Positions 1 to 11,433 of a DNA stretch of 64,000 nt are shown here, in pieces (the stretch's first letter is position 1; the number at the start of each line of letters is the position of its first letter). The translations under genes were made by a program, and so were the position numbers. The DNA is from the human T2T-CHM13v2.0 reference genome, Homo sapiens: assembly GCF_009914755.1 (NCBI RefSeq), contig NC_060942.1; one strand, given 5' to 3'. Below the pieces are notes generated by a model. The model saw only the letters and a program-made list of their open reading frames with translations. It had not been told where the DNA came from and did no database searches.

Positions 1-414
1 TTCACAGAATGATCACTGACGTCGGCATGATGAGCTCCAGATGGCAAAAGTGGAGAGATAGCAATAACTGCTGTGAGACTTTCAAGTCTGGTTTTAGGAT
101 ATTTGGCACATCGTGGAACGTGCTAATGTATAACTCAATGTTTAAATTGTCATTTGCTATCCTTAATTTTTAAGGACAAAATAGGGGTCTGAAGCAGGAG
201 ATTTTAGAAGTAATATGAGAGTTGACAGACAAAGAAAGAGAACATTAGCCTGGCATGGATAACTTTATGTATCACAAGTTACATATTTTAAGTAAATGTT
301 CACTGGATCATTTAACTTGGCATTTATAACTTGGGTCAAAAATAGAAACTTTGTTCAGTGTGTAAGGTACAAGTCTTATCATCTTCTACAGACAGACAGA
401 GAAAAACCTCATCT

Positions 415-1110
415 AGGCAAGAGCAAGAATCTGCCAAACTTCTTTGACTTTGAGAAGGTTATAGACAAGGTTGACAGTGTCAATGCATGCAGCCTGATTT
501 ATCATGAGTTTTAGAAGGCCCTCAATAAAGTTCCACGTGACAGCCATCCATTGAAGGCAAGAGCTAAGGAGATCTAGGGTAGAGCATGGAAGTGAATGAA
601 GAACTAGTTCAAAAAAAAAAAAAGATTAAAAAAAAAAAATCTAAGGACAGAGATGCCGCTGACATGGTGAGCTACATTGCCTTCCAGATAAGTTTGATAA
701 TGGCTAAGCTTTTTTATATAATTGTGTTAGTTTTTGGAGTTGAGAGCGGCATCTCAAAATGTTTATTGTGATAGAACTGCAGAAACTGGAGGAACTAGGT
801 GCTTAATAGCCTAGATAAGATTAATTTCAAGTTAAACTGCCCCTAGCCTGGTTATGTTTTTACAGATTGCAGCAGTATTTGATCAGAAAGGAGGCAGAAA
901 ATAAACACTCACAGTGAATGAGTAAGTTGGCTATTTAAACAGTAGAAACAATTTCAACAGCTAAGATGGGGCTAATGAACCTAAAGAAATGGGGAGACAT
1001 ATATTAGGCTAGGAAGCGGGATACCTGAGTTCCTTCTACCTGTGAGTGTTTAAACAAGCCACTTAACCTTAATCTATAAATGAACAAGTCGGAGCAAATG
1101 ATTTAGGAGG
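415..1110 (+). mobile_element. Ancient CR1/L3 LINE remnant (RT fragment plus degraded 3' end)
   Basis: The end of ORF 296-514, read through its TAG, gives FFDFEKVIDKVDSVNACSLIYHEF*KALNKVPRD. This resembles the CR1 RT motif FF..VT..VD.G..VDVIYLDFQKAFDKVPH. Downstream GAGGAACTAGGTGCTTAATAGCCTAGA (~789) and GAGTTCCTTCTACCTGTGAGTGTTTAAACAAG (~1027) resemble the L3 3' region. Confidence 0.7.
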
Positions 1111-2214
1111 TCTCTTAATAATAATCCTATATAATACAGTGTTGATAATTGTGACATAAGAGGTTGCGTATTTACCTTGAATGAATGACCGGAAGACTTA
1201 AGGATATTTAGATAATTTAATTTCACAGTTACAGCAGAAAGAGACCCCCTTCCAGCCCCAAATCCACATAAACAGTACATAATAGAAATAATAATGAAAT
1301 AAATGTCAAGCATTTTCTGTAAATTAAAGTTGTTTTTACTAAATTATGGGCCATATTTTTTGGATGTGTGCTCTGAAACTAATACTGCTTGCAAGGAGAA
1401 AAAAAGGAGATGCAAGTGTGTCTAATATATTGGATACATAAAAGCTGGAGTATGCATAATCGTCTTGCAAGAGTTCTTAAATCTCTGTATATAAACTGTT
1501 TAAAAGTAAATTAAAATTATTCCTTAATGAAATACAAATCTGAAGTCACTTGAATAACTAATCATTTTATGACCCATGCAGTGAATTTTTAATGCCTACT
1601 TCTACCTGATTATTTTAGATATGTCTGTGTTGTAAATTAAAAGCTACATAAATCATTAATGTGTTGATACAGATCAGTGAACTGCTTACACTATATGTGA
1701 TTCCTTAGGACATACAATGTCTGATTCACCTCCCTCCCTTTCAATTATATGGCTGCCAGGCTCTTTTTCTCTATTCATTTTTTGCAAGGTCTTATTTGGT
1801 AGAACTGCATTCCAGGGTCTTTATCACTTTCCCAAGAGGAACTGATGTTTCCAATCAAAAGAGGGCTCACACTGCAAAAATGAACAGGTCCTAAATCCAA
1901 GAGTGTGAACACACAATCTACGAGGGAGAAGTTTGCTTTTATTTTTGTTTTTGTTTTAGTAATCTATGCTCCCAAGAAACTGTAGCAACGAAACATAACC
2001 TCTGCACTTTTTTAGGTCATTGCAGCCTTTTTACCTTCCTTGAAAATGTCGTGCCCTTTCTGTACCTCGAGTTATGAGGTTCCTTTTGCCTAATAGGAGG
2101 GCCTTCATTTTCATCCTCCATTAATCCAATGATTATACCTTTTTCATACACTAGTTCCAGATTTACATCTTGCATGATGCTGATTAATTCCACCTATAAT
2201 TTAAAAAACTGCAA

Positions 2215-2830
2215 TTCATTCAGAACAAGTTTTGGATTAAGTTTATAAAGCCCCTGCTATGAGAAATAAATTTTTCTAGATGCTATAGAGACAAAAAGAT
2301 CAGCAAGGCATCCTTCCTAGAGCATAATGGCAAATAGAAAAATACATAAAAGTAGTCAAAAAATGGCAAATGCCAGAAAGGAGCATCAAACAAAGTGCTA
2401 TAGATACTTAATTAAGGAAAGGTTAATGAAGAATTCAAAGGATGAGTAAGAAATTGCTATAGATACAGGAGGTTAAAAAAAAAAGGTGAAGGCAGGTAGT
2501 TAAACGCGACTCCAGTACAGGATATAAATTCAAAAATAGTGAGAGTTTAATTTATAAAAAGTCACATGGAAATATATTGAAATGTCTCAGATATTGGGGT
2601 TTATTAGAAGTAAAAAGAAAGTTTTTTAAAAATGTTCTTGCACTAATAAAGCTTACATTCAAGTAGATAGTGACAAGCAACATAAACAACTAATCACTAG
2701 ATAATTTATCTAGTGTTGGTAAAAATAAAGGGTGAAGGGACCATAATGCCCTGGGTTTCCTATTTTAGATATCTCATTTGAGCAGAGGCATAATTGAAGA
2801 GAGGAACCAAGTTATGAAGAAAGAAGTTTT
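2215..2830 (-). mobile_element. Degraded L2 fragments
   Basis: TCATTCAGAACAAG start, AAGCTTACATTCAAGTAG and CATTTGAGCAGAGGC...GAGGAACCAAG resemble antisense L2 3' sequence. Confidence 0.45.
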
Positions 2831-2899
2831 TGGTGCTTAAGGGGTATATGAGTCATCTCTCCAGTATACTTTTACTTTTTGTTTAGATGGTATCATATG

Positions 2900-3180
2900 C
2901 CCTTCCTTCCTTCCTTCCTTCCTTCCTCCCTCCCTCCCTCCCTCCCTCCCTCCCTCCCTCCCTGCCTCCCTGCCTCCCTGCCTCCCTGCCTGCCTTTCTC
3001 CCTACCTGCCTTTCTCCCTGCCTGCCTTTCTCCCTGCCTGCCTTTCTCCCTGCCTGCCTTTCTCCCTGCCTGCCTTTCTCCCTGCCTCCCTTTCTCCCTG
3101 CCTCCCTTTCTTCCTGCCTCCCTTCCTTCTTTCCTTCCTTCCTCTTTTCCCCTTCATCCTTCATTCCTTCATTCTTTCTT
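2900..3180. repeat. Compound polypyrimidine microsatellite/minisatellite: (CCTT)n-(CCCT)n-(CCCTGCCT)n-(CTCCCTGCCTGCCTTT)x~9
   Basis: Read directly. The 16-bp unit repeats from 2982 to ~3125 and explains the low-complexity ORFs at 2879-3220. Confidence 0.95.
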
Positions 3181-3409
3181 GCTTGTTGTTGGTCATGAAA
3201 CAGGAAGCATAGTATTGTAGACAGACAACGTATTCTGCTACAAATTCTGAATGCTTGACGTGAAATCAGGGAGCACCCTAAAGCTCCTTTCAGCTATTGT
3301 TTTAATTAGAATTGCATATGAAAATTTAGCTGTTGTGGTAAGCTGCCAGCTACCTTAAATAAAGGAATCCTATGATGAATTGATAAACTAAGAGATGAGA
3401 AATATCAGA

Positions 3410-3690
3410 AGAGAAATAAAAACAATGTTAATATTGTAGACATAAAACTTAGTGTTTGAAATGAAAAATGCACTAATGGACTTGATACTATACTGAAGAC
3501 AGCATAAGAAAGGATCATTGATTTTATCCATATATATATCAACATAAATTATATGGTCTCAGAATGGAGGAAAGCAAGTTAAAAAATAAAGTTAATGCTG
3601 TTTCAATGGCCTATGGGGCAATAGCACACAGTTTAATATAGATGCATTTGAAGTCAGAAACAAATGAGAGATAATGGGCCAATGGTACTA
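3410..3690 (+). mobile_element. Old L1M ORF1 fragment
   Basis: GAAATGAAAAATGCACTAATGG...GAAGACAGCATAAGAAAGGATCATTGA...GGCCTATGGGGCAATAG resembles L1 ORF1 coiled-coil coding sequence. Confidence 0.55.
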
Positions 3691-3809
3691 TTACTTTCCC
3701 ATATTCCGACTCTAAACTTTAAGCACTGCAGTTCCCTATCAAGTCTTGGAAGTGTCTCTCTCACTCACCCTTCCTCTCTACACTTTCTGCTCACCCCAGT
3801 CATATATTA

Positions 3810-4290
3810 ACAAAAGATATTGATTCATATTATATTTAGAAACTCTCACGACTCAAAAATTAAGAGAAAAATAATCCCATAAAATGATGAAAGATGCAGA
3901 CACTTCAGAAACAAAATATATACATGGTTAATAAATACATTTAAAACTTCTTAGTGTAATTACTTATTAGGAAAATAGAAAATAAAACTACAAGTAGACA
4001 CCACAATAATCCCACTATAATGGCTAAGATTAAAAAATATATATATTTGACAACATCAAAATGCGTCATGGTTATATAGCAAAACAAAAAGACCTATACT
4101 TTACTGTTTGGAATTTAGAGTTGTACAAGAACTTTGCTAAAAGTTTTGGTGGCTTCAGTTATGTTCAACATGTATATATTCCATAAACAAGAAATTCTAC
4201 TCTAAGGTATTTGCCCAAAACAAGTGAAACACGTGTCCATTAAATGACACATAGATGAATATTCACAGCAACTATATATAGAAAAAAGAG
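3810..4290 (+). mobile_element. Old L1M ORF2 3'-terminal fragment
   Basis: CAGACACTTCAGAAACAAAATATATACATGGTTAATAAATACAT...ATTCTACTCTAAGGTATTTGCCCAAAAC...ATATTCACAGCAAC is typical of the L1 ORF2 end. Confidence 0.7.
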
Positions 4291-4299
4291 GGAATTCAA

Positions 4300-6050
4300 A
4301 TAGTACACTAGAATACATCTACCCAACACAAAAAGGAGTTATGAGAGAACAAATGTAACATAAGAAAAATAGAGTACGAACAGGAAATTGACACACATGC
4401 ATCCTATCTTATTAGTAATTACATTTTACAAAAATGGACTAAACACACCAATTAAAAAGCAGTGATTGGCAGAATGGATAAATATATATGACTTAAATAT
4501 ATATTGACTACAACAGACACATTTTAGATTCAGAGACACAAATAAGTTGAAAGTAAAAAAAGAAAAAATATACCTTGCAAATAATAATCAAAAGAGAGCT
4601 TAAATGGTTATATTAATACCAGACAAAATTGAGTTTAGGACGAATATTGTTAGTAGAAATAAAGAAGGACAATTTATAATGATAAAAGAAAAATTCATCT
4701 GGAGGAGATAACAATTATAAATAAATCAATTATATGTAATTCAGTATAATATACCATGTCAATATAATTTTTAAGAAGAGACACACAGTCATCTCAATGG
4801 AAACAATAAAGCACCTGACAAAATCCAACGCCTTTTCTTGAAAAAAGTATCTAACAAACTAATAACATAAGGGAGCCTCCTAAATTTGATAAAGGCCACC
4901 AATGAAAAACTCACACCTACCATCATGTTTATCAATAAAAGACTTAAATATTTCTTTTCAGATCAGGAACAGGAGGACCAAGATGCCCACCCTACTTACT
5001 TGTATTTAACACTGTATTGAAAGTTTTGCTCAGCATAATTAAGCAAGAAAAAGAAATTGAAGGCATTCAGAGTAGAAGGCAAGAAGCAAAATTAACTTTA
5101 TTCTCAAATGACATAAGCTTTTTCTTAGAAAATCTTAAGTACTTTATAAATAAACTACTGAAACTAGTAAACAAGTTTAGCAAGGTTAAAAGATAAAGGA
5201 GCAATATATGAAAATCAAGTGTTCTTCGTATTGTAGCAATGGCTGTCTAAATAAAAAGAAAACAATTTTATTTAAAATAAAATGAATAAAATACTTAGGA
5301 ATAAATTTAACAAAAGAGGCAAAAGACATATATTGAAAACTACAAAACACTGTTGAAAGAAATTAAAGAAAAGCTAAATAAATCAAAGAACATACTTTTT
5401 TCATGAACTGAAAGGCTTAAATTATTAATATGAAACTTTTTTCCAAATAAATCCCTATCAATATCTCAGCTGCCTTTTTAAAGAAATTGACAGGCTAATT
5501 CTAAATTACTATGGAAATGCAAAGATCCCAGAATAGTCATAACAATCTTAAATGAAGAAAAAATTTCTTCTCAGTTTGAAAATACACTACAAAGCTACAA
5601 CAAACAAGAGAGTACGATACTGGCCTAAGGACAGATATTTATGTTACTAGGACAGAACTGAACTTGCAGAAATAAATTCTCACATTAATGTCAACTAATT
5701 TTCAATGAGTGTACCAAGATAATTTAATGGAGAAGAATATTCCTTTTTACAACTAGTGCTGGGAATCTGGATATCCAAATGCAAAATCTTAACTTGGATC
5801 TCACATCACATACAAAAAGTAACTCAGAATGGATCATAGACCTAAATGGAATAGCTAAAATGATAAAACTCTTGAAAGAAAAAAAGAGGAGTACATCATT
5901 GCTCCCTTGGATTTTTCAAGCCTTCTTAGATATAACACCAAAAGCACATGCAACAAAAGAAAAATAATGAAATTGTACTTCATTTAAATTTAAAATATTT
6001 ATAATTCAAAGGATGCCATTAAAAAAGTGAAGAGACAATTTATAAACAGA
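4300..6050 (+). mobile_element. Old L1M ORF2 body (endonuclease to RT, internally deleted)
   Basis: AATGGACTAAACACACCAATTAAAAAGCAGTGATTGGCAGAATGGATAAA (EN start). ORF 5779-5967 LDLTSHTKSNSEWIIDLN...FLDITPKAHATKEK is a recognisable L1 ORF2p remnant. Confidence 0.9.
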
Positions 6051-6169
6051 GGAGTTTTGCATTATAAATTTAATTTATATGTAATTCTTAAACAAAATTA
6101 ATAATAAAAACAAAATAAAAATTAAAACAAAATTAATAATAAAAAACATAATTAACATGATTAAAACGA

Positions 6170-6360
6170 ATTAGAAAAGTGGTTTTCTCTTGGTGAGTGA
6201 TTCAACAGAAATGGGCATGAAGGAAATTTCTAAGGTGATGGAGATGCTTTGTATTTTGTTAGAGGTATATGTTATACTAGAGTGTGTATTCATCGAAACA
6301 TCAAATTGTACACTTAAGTTTGTGCTTTCCTCTGATTGTAAATTTTATACAAAATCAAAA
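6170..6360 (+). mobile_element. L1ME-like 3' end
   Basis: GGTGATGGAGATGCTTTGTATTTTG...CATCGAAACATCAAATTGTACACTTAAG...GTAAATTTTATAC. Confidence 0.65.
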
Positions 6361-6386
6361 CTGTACACACGCATACACACACAATT

Positions 6387-6530
6387 ATAGACAGTCTCCA
6401 ATTCACAATGGTTTTATTTAGGATTTTTTGACATTACAGTGGTGCTAAAGCTGTATACTCCTCAATTTACAATAGGGTTACATCTTGATGAACTCATTAT
6501 AAGTTAAGGATCTCACCGCAAAACATCTGT
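6387..6530. mobile_element. TcMar-Tigger MITE, MER47-like
   Basis: AGACAGTCTCCAATTCACAATGGTT...TTTTTTGACATTACAGTGGTGCTAAAG and CTCCTCAATTTACAATAGGGTTACATC resemble the two MER47 termini. The segment ends in CATCTGTA. Confidence 0.55.
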
Positions 6531-6639
6531 AACATCTGTACTGAGGTCTAGTTCACAGGTTGGCTTTTTGCTGTGAGATATAAAAAAAATTACCTACTTT
6601 CTGTGTTCTAGAATTGAGAAACAAAGTAAATATCTTGAA

Positions 6640-7230
6640 GTAATGGAAGAGAGGAGCTAATATGGGAAGAACAAAAGAATGTACTTTGTAATAATAGATT
6701 GGAATTAGAGATATCAGTATGAGTTTATGTTTTAATGTATGTATGTAGAAACATAATTATGCAAATACAGAAATAAATCTATATGTGTGCCTTCATGTAT
6801 GTGCATCATACACATAGCTTTAGCTATGTCCATTGAAAAGGACAGGGTCTAGAAGCAATGGCATTTCAGTAGTAATGAGCACACTTAGCACCAGATTTGG
6901 GTTTCTAAATTCCATTCTCCATTAAATAGAAAAAGATCTAACAGGAGAAAAATTCTAATTCGAAGGCTGGGGCAGGAAAAATACAAGATAAAAGTTGAAT
7001 ATTGTATTGCATCAGAGAATAAGGGCATACTCAAAACACAATGAAAACGTTTCAAAATGACATGATAGTGACTTGAAGCGGCTCACAATGGCCAGATCTG
7101 AGAGAATATAAAAGTCAAAATGTAAATGAATCATGAATTTGATTAAAAGCATATATAAGTTCCTTGTGCTATTCTTGTAACATTTTTGCAAGTTTAAAAG
7201 TATACCAAAATAAAACTTTACTTAAAAAAT
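6640..7230 (+). mobile_element. L1MC-like 3' UTR
   Basis: AGAAGCAATGGCATTTCAGTAGTAATGAGCACACTTAGCACCAGAT...GGCTGGGGCAGGAAAAATACAAGAT. It ends TTCCTTGTGCTATTCTTGTAAC...AATAAAA plus an A-tract. Confidence 0.7.
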
Positions 7231-7584
7231 AGACAAGTTTGAGGTTTGAGAGATGATGAGTGTAATCATAGGTAAAGGATATTCAGAAGAGAGAAGTTAT
7301 TAGTAGGAAAGGACAGATGTGTATGAGATTTACAAAATTAATTGTTTATTATTTCACTCAGTCATTCCACATTTTCAACACTCGTTACTGCTCCTAGTTT
7401 TTTTTAATAAGCATGCAAATGTAGGGAAGATCTAAATGCATAGAATACCCATCTTTCACCCCTTCCAATTCCCTTTCATCCCTAACAAAACAAAGGGGAT
7501 TTGCCTCAGATGAAAAGAAAGCCAGTGGAGCAAAACCATTAACAGACAAAAGCCACTGGTCTAGTGGGAAAATATGTATAGAAT

Positions 7585-7672
7585 TATTCAACAAAGATTT
7601 ATTGAGCACTTACAATTAGCCAGACTCTGTGTTAAGTGCTGGTTGAATAGCAGTAAACAAAGTCCCTGCTCG
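7585..7672 (-). mobile_element. L2 3' end
   Basis: ATTCAACAAAGATTTATTGAGCACTTAC...CAGACTCTGTGTTAAGTGCTGG. Confidence 0.75.
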
Positions 7673-8299
7673 ATGATACTGGGTCACACCTAAACTTGAT
7701 CTTCTTTCATTCTGTCTCCCAAACCCTGGCAATATATCTTCATTCTCTCCTCCAAGGGCAGAGAAAAGCTGGGCTTGGAGAGGACTAGCTGTGTGGCATT
7801 TCAGCTCCCCCACCCACCTGACTTTAGTGTGCCAGGCTAATTGGCAAGTCCTTGTCTTCTGGAGGTCAATGCTAAAGACACACCAGGGTGTTTTGGGCAG
7901 ACAGGAGCATCAGCCAGGTTGCATTCTTTCAAAGCGTCCGACTTTGAGGACAGGTTTGATTAAAGTGAGAAATAATACAGCACTTTAGGGCAGGATGAAA
8001 GACTACTGCACAGAACAGAAAAGAGAATGGAGGGTGCAGGTCAGACTTCCTTTTTGAGTTTCCCTGACTGACAGACATGTTTCTGGAGAGAGGACAAGAT
8101 CAGCTACTTTCAAAGGATAGCAGTGTTTTCTTTTATGGCTTCTTTCCCAGGAAGGAGCAGTTGCAAACAACCACACTGACATCTTCCTCACCCTGCCTTT
8201 CACTATGAAGCACCTGCCCTTCACATTCTACCTTGTATGGAGAGGAAAGTAGATAGCATTTGCTGGAAATTTGGTTCTCATGGTTCCCCTTTAAGTTTT

Positions 8300-8302
<3 letters not shown>

Positions 8303-8346
<44 letters not shown>
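8303..8346. repeat. (CA)n microsatellite
   Basis: Pure CA run of about 22 units. Confidence 0.98.
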
Positions 8347-8347
<1 letters not shown>

Positions 8348-8764
8348 TCATACTCATATTCTATTTAGATAAGTTTTGCTTTTGGGTGAAGAAGCTCTAA
8401 GTCTTTACTTCAGAATAATGCCAGCCTCAATTTCATCAAAATTATAATATGTACAAAGTTTGGCCTAGATGGTTTTTCACCTCTGTTTTTTTTTATTTGT
8501 TTATTTGTTTTTGTTTTGTTTTATTTTTCCTCTCCTATCTTTTTAGATCCTAAAAATGCATTCGCAGTATGTTTTCTGTTGTTACCACAAAAGCAAAAGC
8601 AAACTCACTAAGGCATTACTCAGAGCCAGCTCAATCTAAACATGAATTATTAACAAAGGATCCAAGGTTGCACTTCAAGAATTCTGTGATCCCTCTGAAA
8701 TTGGGTCAACATGTTGTATTTATTTGTCTGATGGGGAAAACTCTAGCTTACACCTGTGATGGTA

Positions 8765-9000
8765 ATTGAGTGGTTAAGAGATGGGTTTTGGAGGTGAATG
8801 CATAGTTTAAATTGCAGCCCCACACTTTACCAGCTGGGTGACCTTGGGCTGGTGACTTACCAGCTGCTTTGTTCAGTGTTCTCAACTGTAAAATGGGAAT
8901 AGTAGATTTGTTGTGATGATTCATAAGAGTTAAATGTGGAAAGTAATTAAAACAGTGCCTAGCAAATAGTAATCTATAAATAAATGTTAGTTTTAATTAT
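8765..9000 (+). mobile_element. MIR SINE
   Basis: GTGGTTAAGAG...ACCAGCTGGGTGACCTTGGGC...CTCAACTGTAAAATGGGAATAGTA...AACAGTGCCTAGCAAATAGTAA. Confidence 0.85.
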
Positions 9001-11199
9001 ATTTTCATTTTATAAATGTCTCATAGGGATGCAAAACTAATAAATAGTTAAGAGCCACTGATGTGAATAGAAAGATAATTTATTCATTGCCCAAATGTGC
9101 CTTCAGTCCCTAACAGATGCAAAGATTGAGACTGAAGAAAGAACTTGTACATTTCTTTTAAGGCACATTCCAGTCTATCATTTCATTTTATTCCAAAAAC
9201 CTCTAGAGAGCTGGTGGCATTTAACCATTTAAAGGAGCGGTATCCAAAAGACAATGCATTAATTTCCTTCCCTCTTGGTAGCCAGTTATTTAAGGCAAAG
9301 GCTTGGGGTTTGTTCTCCCTGCAAAAGATTTGAATAGTACTCCTTGGCTCCAAAGGCAACAAAATAAACCCCTTCTAACATCATAATTTAAGAAGAGGAT
9401 GGAAAATGATTAATAAGAAAAATAGATCAGTTATCAAGTTTTTACTGTATCAATTACGGGTTAACCTTTCTCAGGGGGAAGAAAGGAATGCCCTGGAAAT
9501 AAATCATCCTAGTTATGTCAACACAGTCACATTACACATGTGTGCACACACATATACATACACACACATATGTATACACACTTATGCAAGTACACACCCA
9601 CTCACAGAGTGACGCTGAGCTTTTCCTCACACTGGGAAACAGAGGCCAGGTCACCTCACCTTTGATGTGTTAAAATCTAGGAAGGCCATGAGGGTTTCAC
9701 GTGGGAAGGCAAATGGCCTGGCTAGAAGGAAGGGCCACTGTTCAGATTCTACCACTGAGAGGCGTGGGCCCTGGTGAGGGTTGGACTCGCCCTCCTCTGT
9801 GTCTCAGCTTCATATTGCTACAATAGGAACTCCCGTGGCCTCTCCCTATACAGGTTCTATAGGTAACATGGACAGGTATGATTACCTGTTTAATGAAACC
9901 TTCACAAGAAACAGAAAAAAAATGAGTTAAATATATCATAGAGATAATTCAATTACTGCCATTTTCTATCTTTCTTTGTTTCTCATTGTTCTCTTTATTG
10001 CTTGTTGTGGAATTAATTTTTTTCTGGCATTTGTTTTTACAAAGTAAGGACTAGGATAGATCATGTACTAGAAACTGAATATTGAAACTTGAAAGATACA
10101 TGAGTTTCTCGAAGTCCAAAACATATGGAGCCAGAAAATTTGTTCCATTAAGGAGGATATGACCACATACAGAGGATGCCTGGGCAGCCTGAGGCATCTG
10201 GCCATAAGTGACCATAAAACATGACGTTATTCTATTTCTGTTCCACCTTTGCTTCAGTCTTCTGAGTTATCAGTCTACAAAATAATTCCTGTCTGTTATA
10301 TAATGTCCCATTGATAGGTGCTGATCTTGTTCAATTTCTCTAAATTAAAAACACATATAAATCTTTAGAGACACACGTAGCATGGTGGAAGTTTAGCCAT
10401 GATAAGAATGAACATGTGGCTCTTCTGAGACAGAAGTCCTAATAGAATAGTCCCAGACACATTTTTTTCTTACAAAGAGATGTGAATCTCAAGTCTTTAC
10501 AGATTATAGTACTATACGAGCACTTGCTTTCACAGTGGATTTGTACCCATATCTTCTATATAACAGAATTTTCTTAAATGAGTTTAATGCCATGACAAAC
10601 ATAGCACAGTAGCCCTCAAAATGTTCAAAGCATTTTAGAACAGCACAAACCCAATAAAATGATTGTGTAGGGCTGGAGGTATTTTAGCCTCAGGCATCCT
10701 AAATAAGGGAGTAGGATGTTTAATGGTTTTGATGGGATAGAAGTTTTCAGAGATGATGAAGGGAAATAAAATAATTTCTTAAATAGTATAGAAGGCAATT
10801 AGAATATCTAATAAAAGGGGAAGTGTTGCTGTGCATTTCTTTGTGAGTACTTAGAGCAGGCGAGCCTGACCTTTTCTGCAGATATCTCTTATTGATTTGG
10901 GGGCTAAAGCTGAAGACACAGGAGCTGCCTACTGGGCCTGGCTGCTAGCCCAACTCCTCACTGGGAACGCTGCAGAACCATACATGGGAATTACTGGAAA
11001 GCTCAAATTTATTATTAATACTTCATAGTCTAATGATATAAAAATATGAAAGAAAGACTTCAATTTCAGAAAATACTCTGGACAATGTTTATTATTTAAA
11101 TGTGCATGAATACACTACTTCTTAAAGTCAACAGTGTAAGAAGACAGGCTAGGTTATTGTTTCCATTTCTCACTGGAGGAATATGGTAACCTGCATGGC

Positions 11200-11433
11200 C
11201 ACAGAAGAACAAGTACTGTGGAGCCATGAGGACATGGATGTAAACTTCAGTGTTCCATTAAAGAACCATGTAAACTCAGTGAGTTGAGAATTTTCTAAGC
11301 TTCAGTTTCCTGATCTGCAAAATGAGAATATTGTCTGCCTTTCTTGCAATGTGGTTTTGAGTTTTAAATACGAAGGCATGTGTTGAAGTCCTAACATTTC
11401 ACCCAGCAAATATTAAAAAGTGCTCAATGAATG
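11200..11433 (+). mobile_element. MIR SINE
   Basis: Core CTAAGCTTCAGTTTCCTGATCTGCAAAATGAGAATA; ends AAGTGCTCAATGAATG. Confidence 0.75.

Noticed and set aside
17-24. CRE-like TGACGTCG
   Set aside because: It is a single imperfect motif at the window edge with no supporting context.
2879-3220. Overlapping 93-113 aa ORFs
   Set aside because: They are translations of a stop-free pyrimidine repeat.
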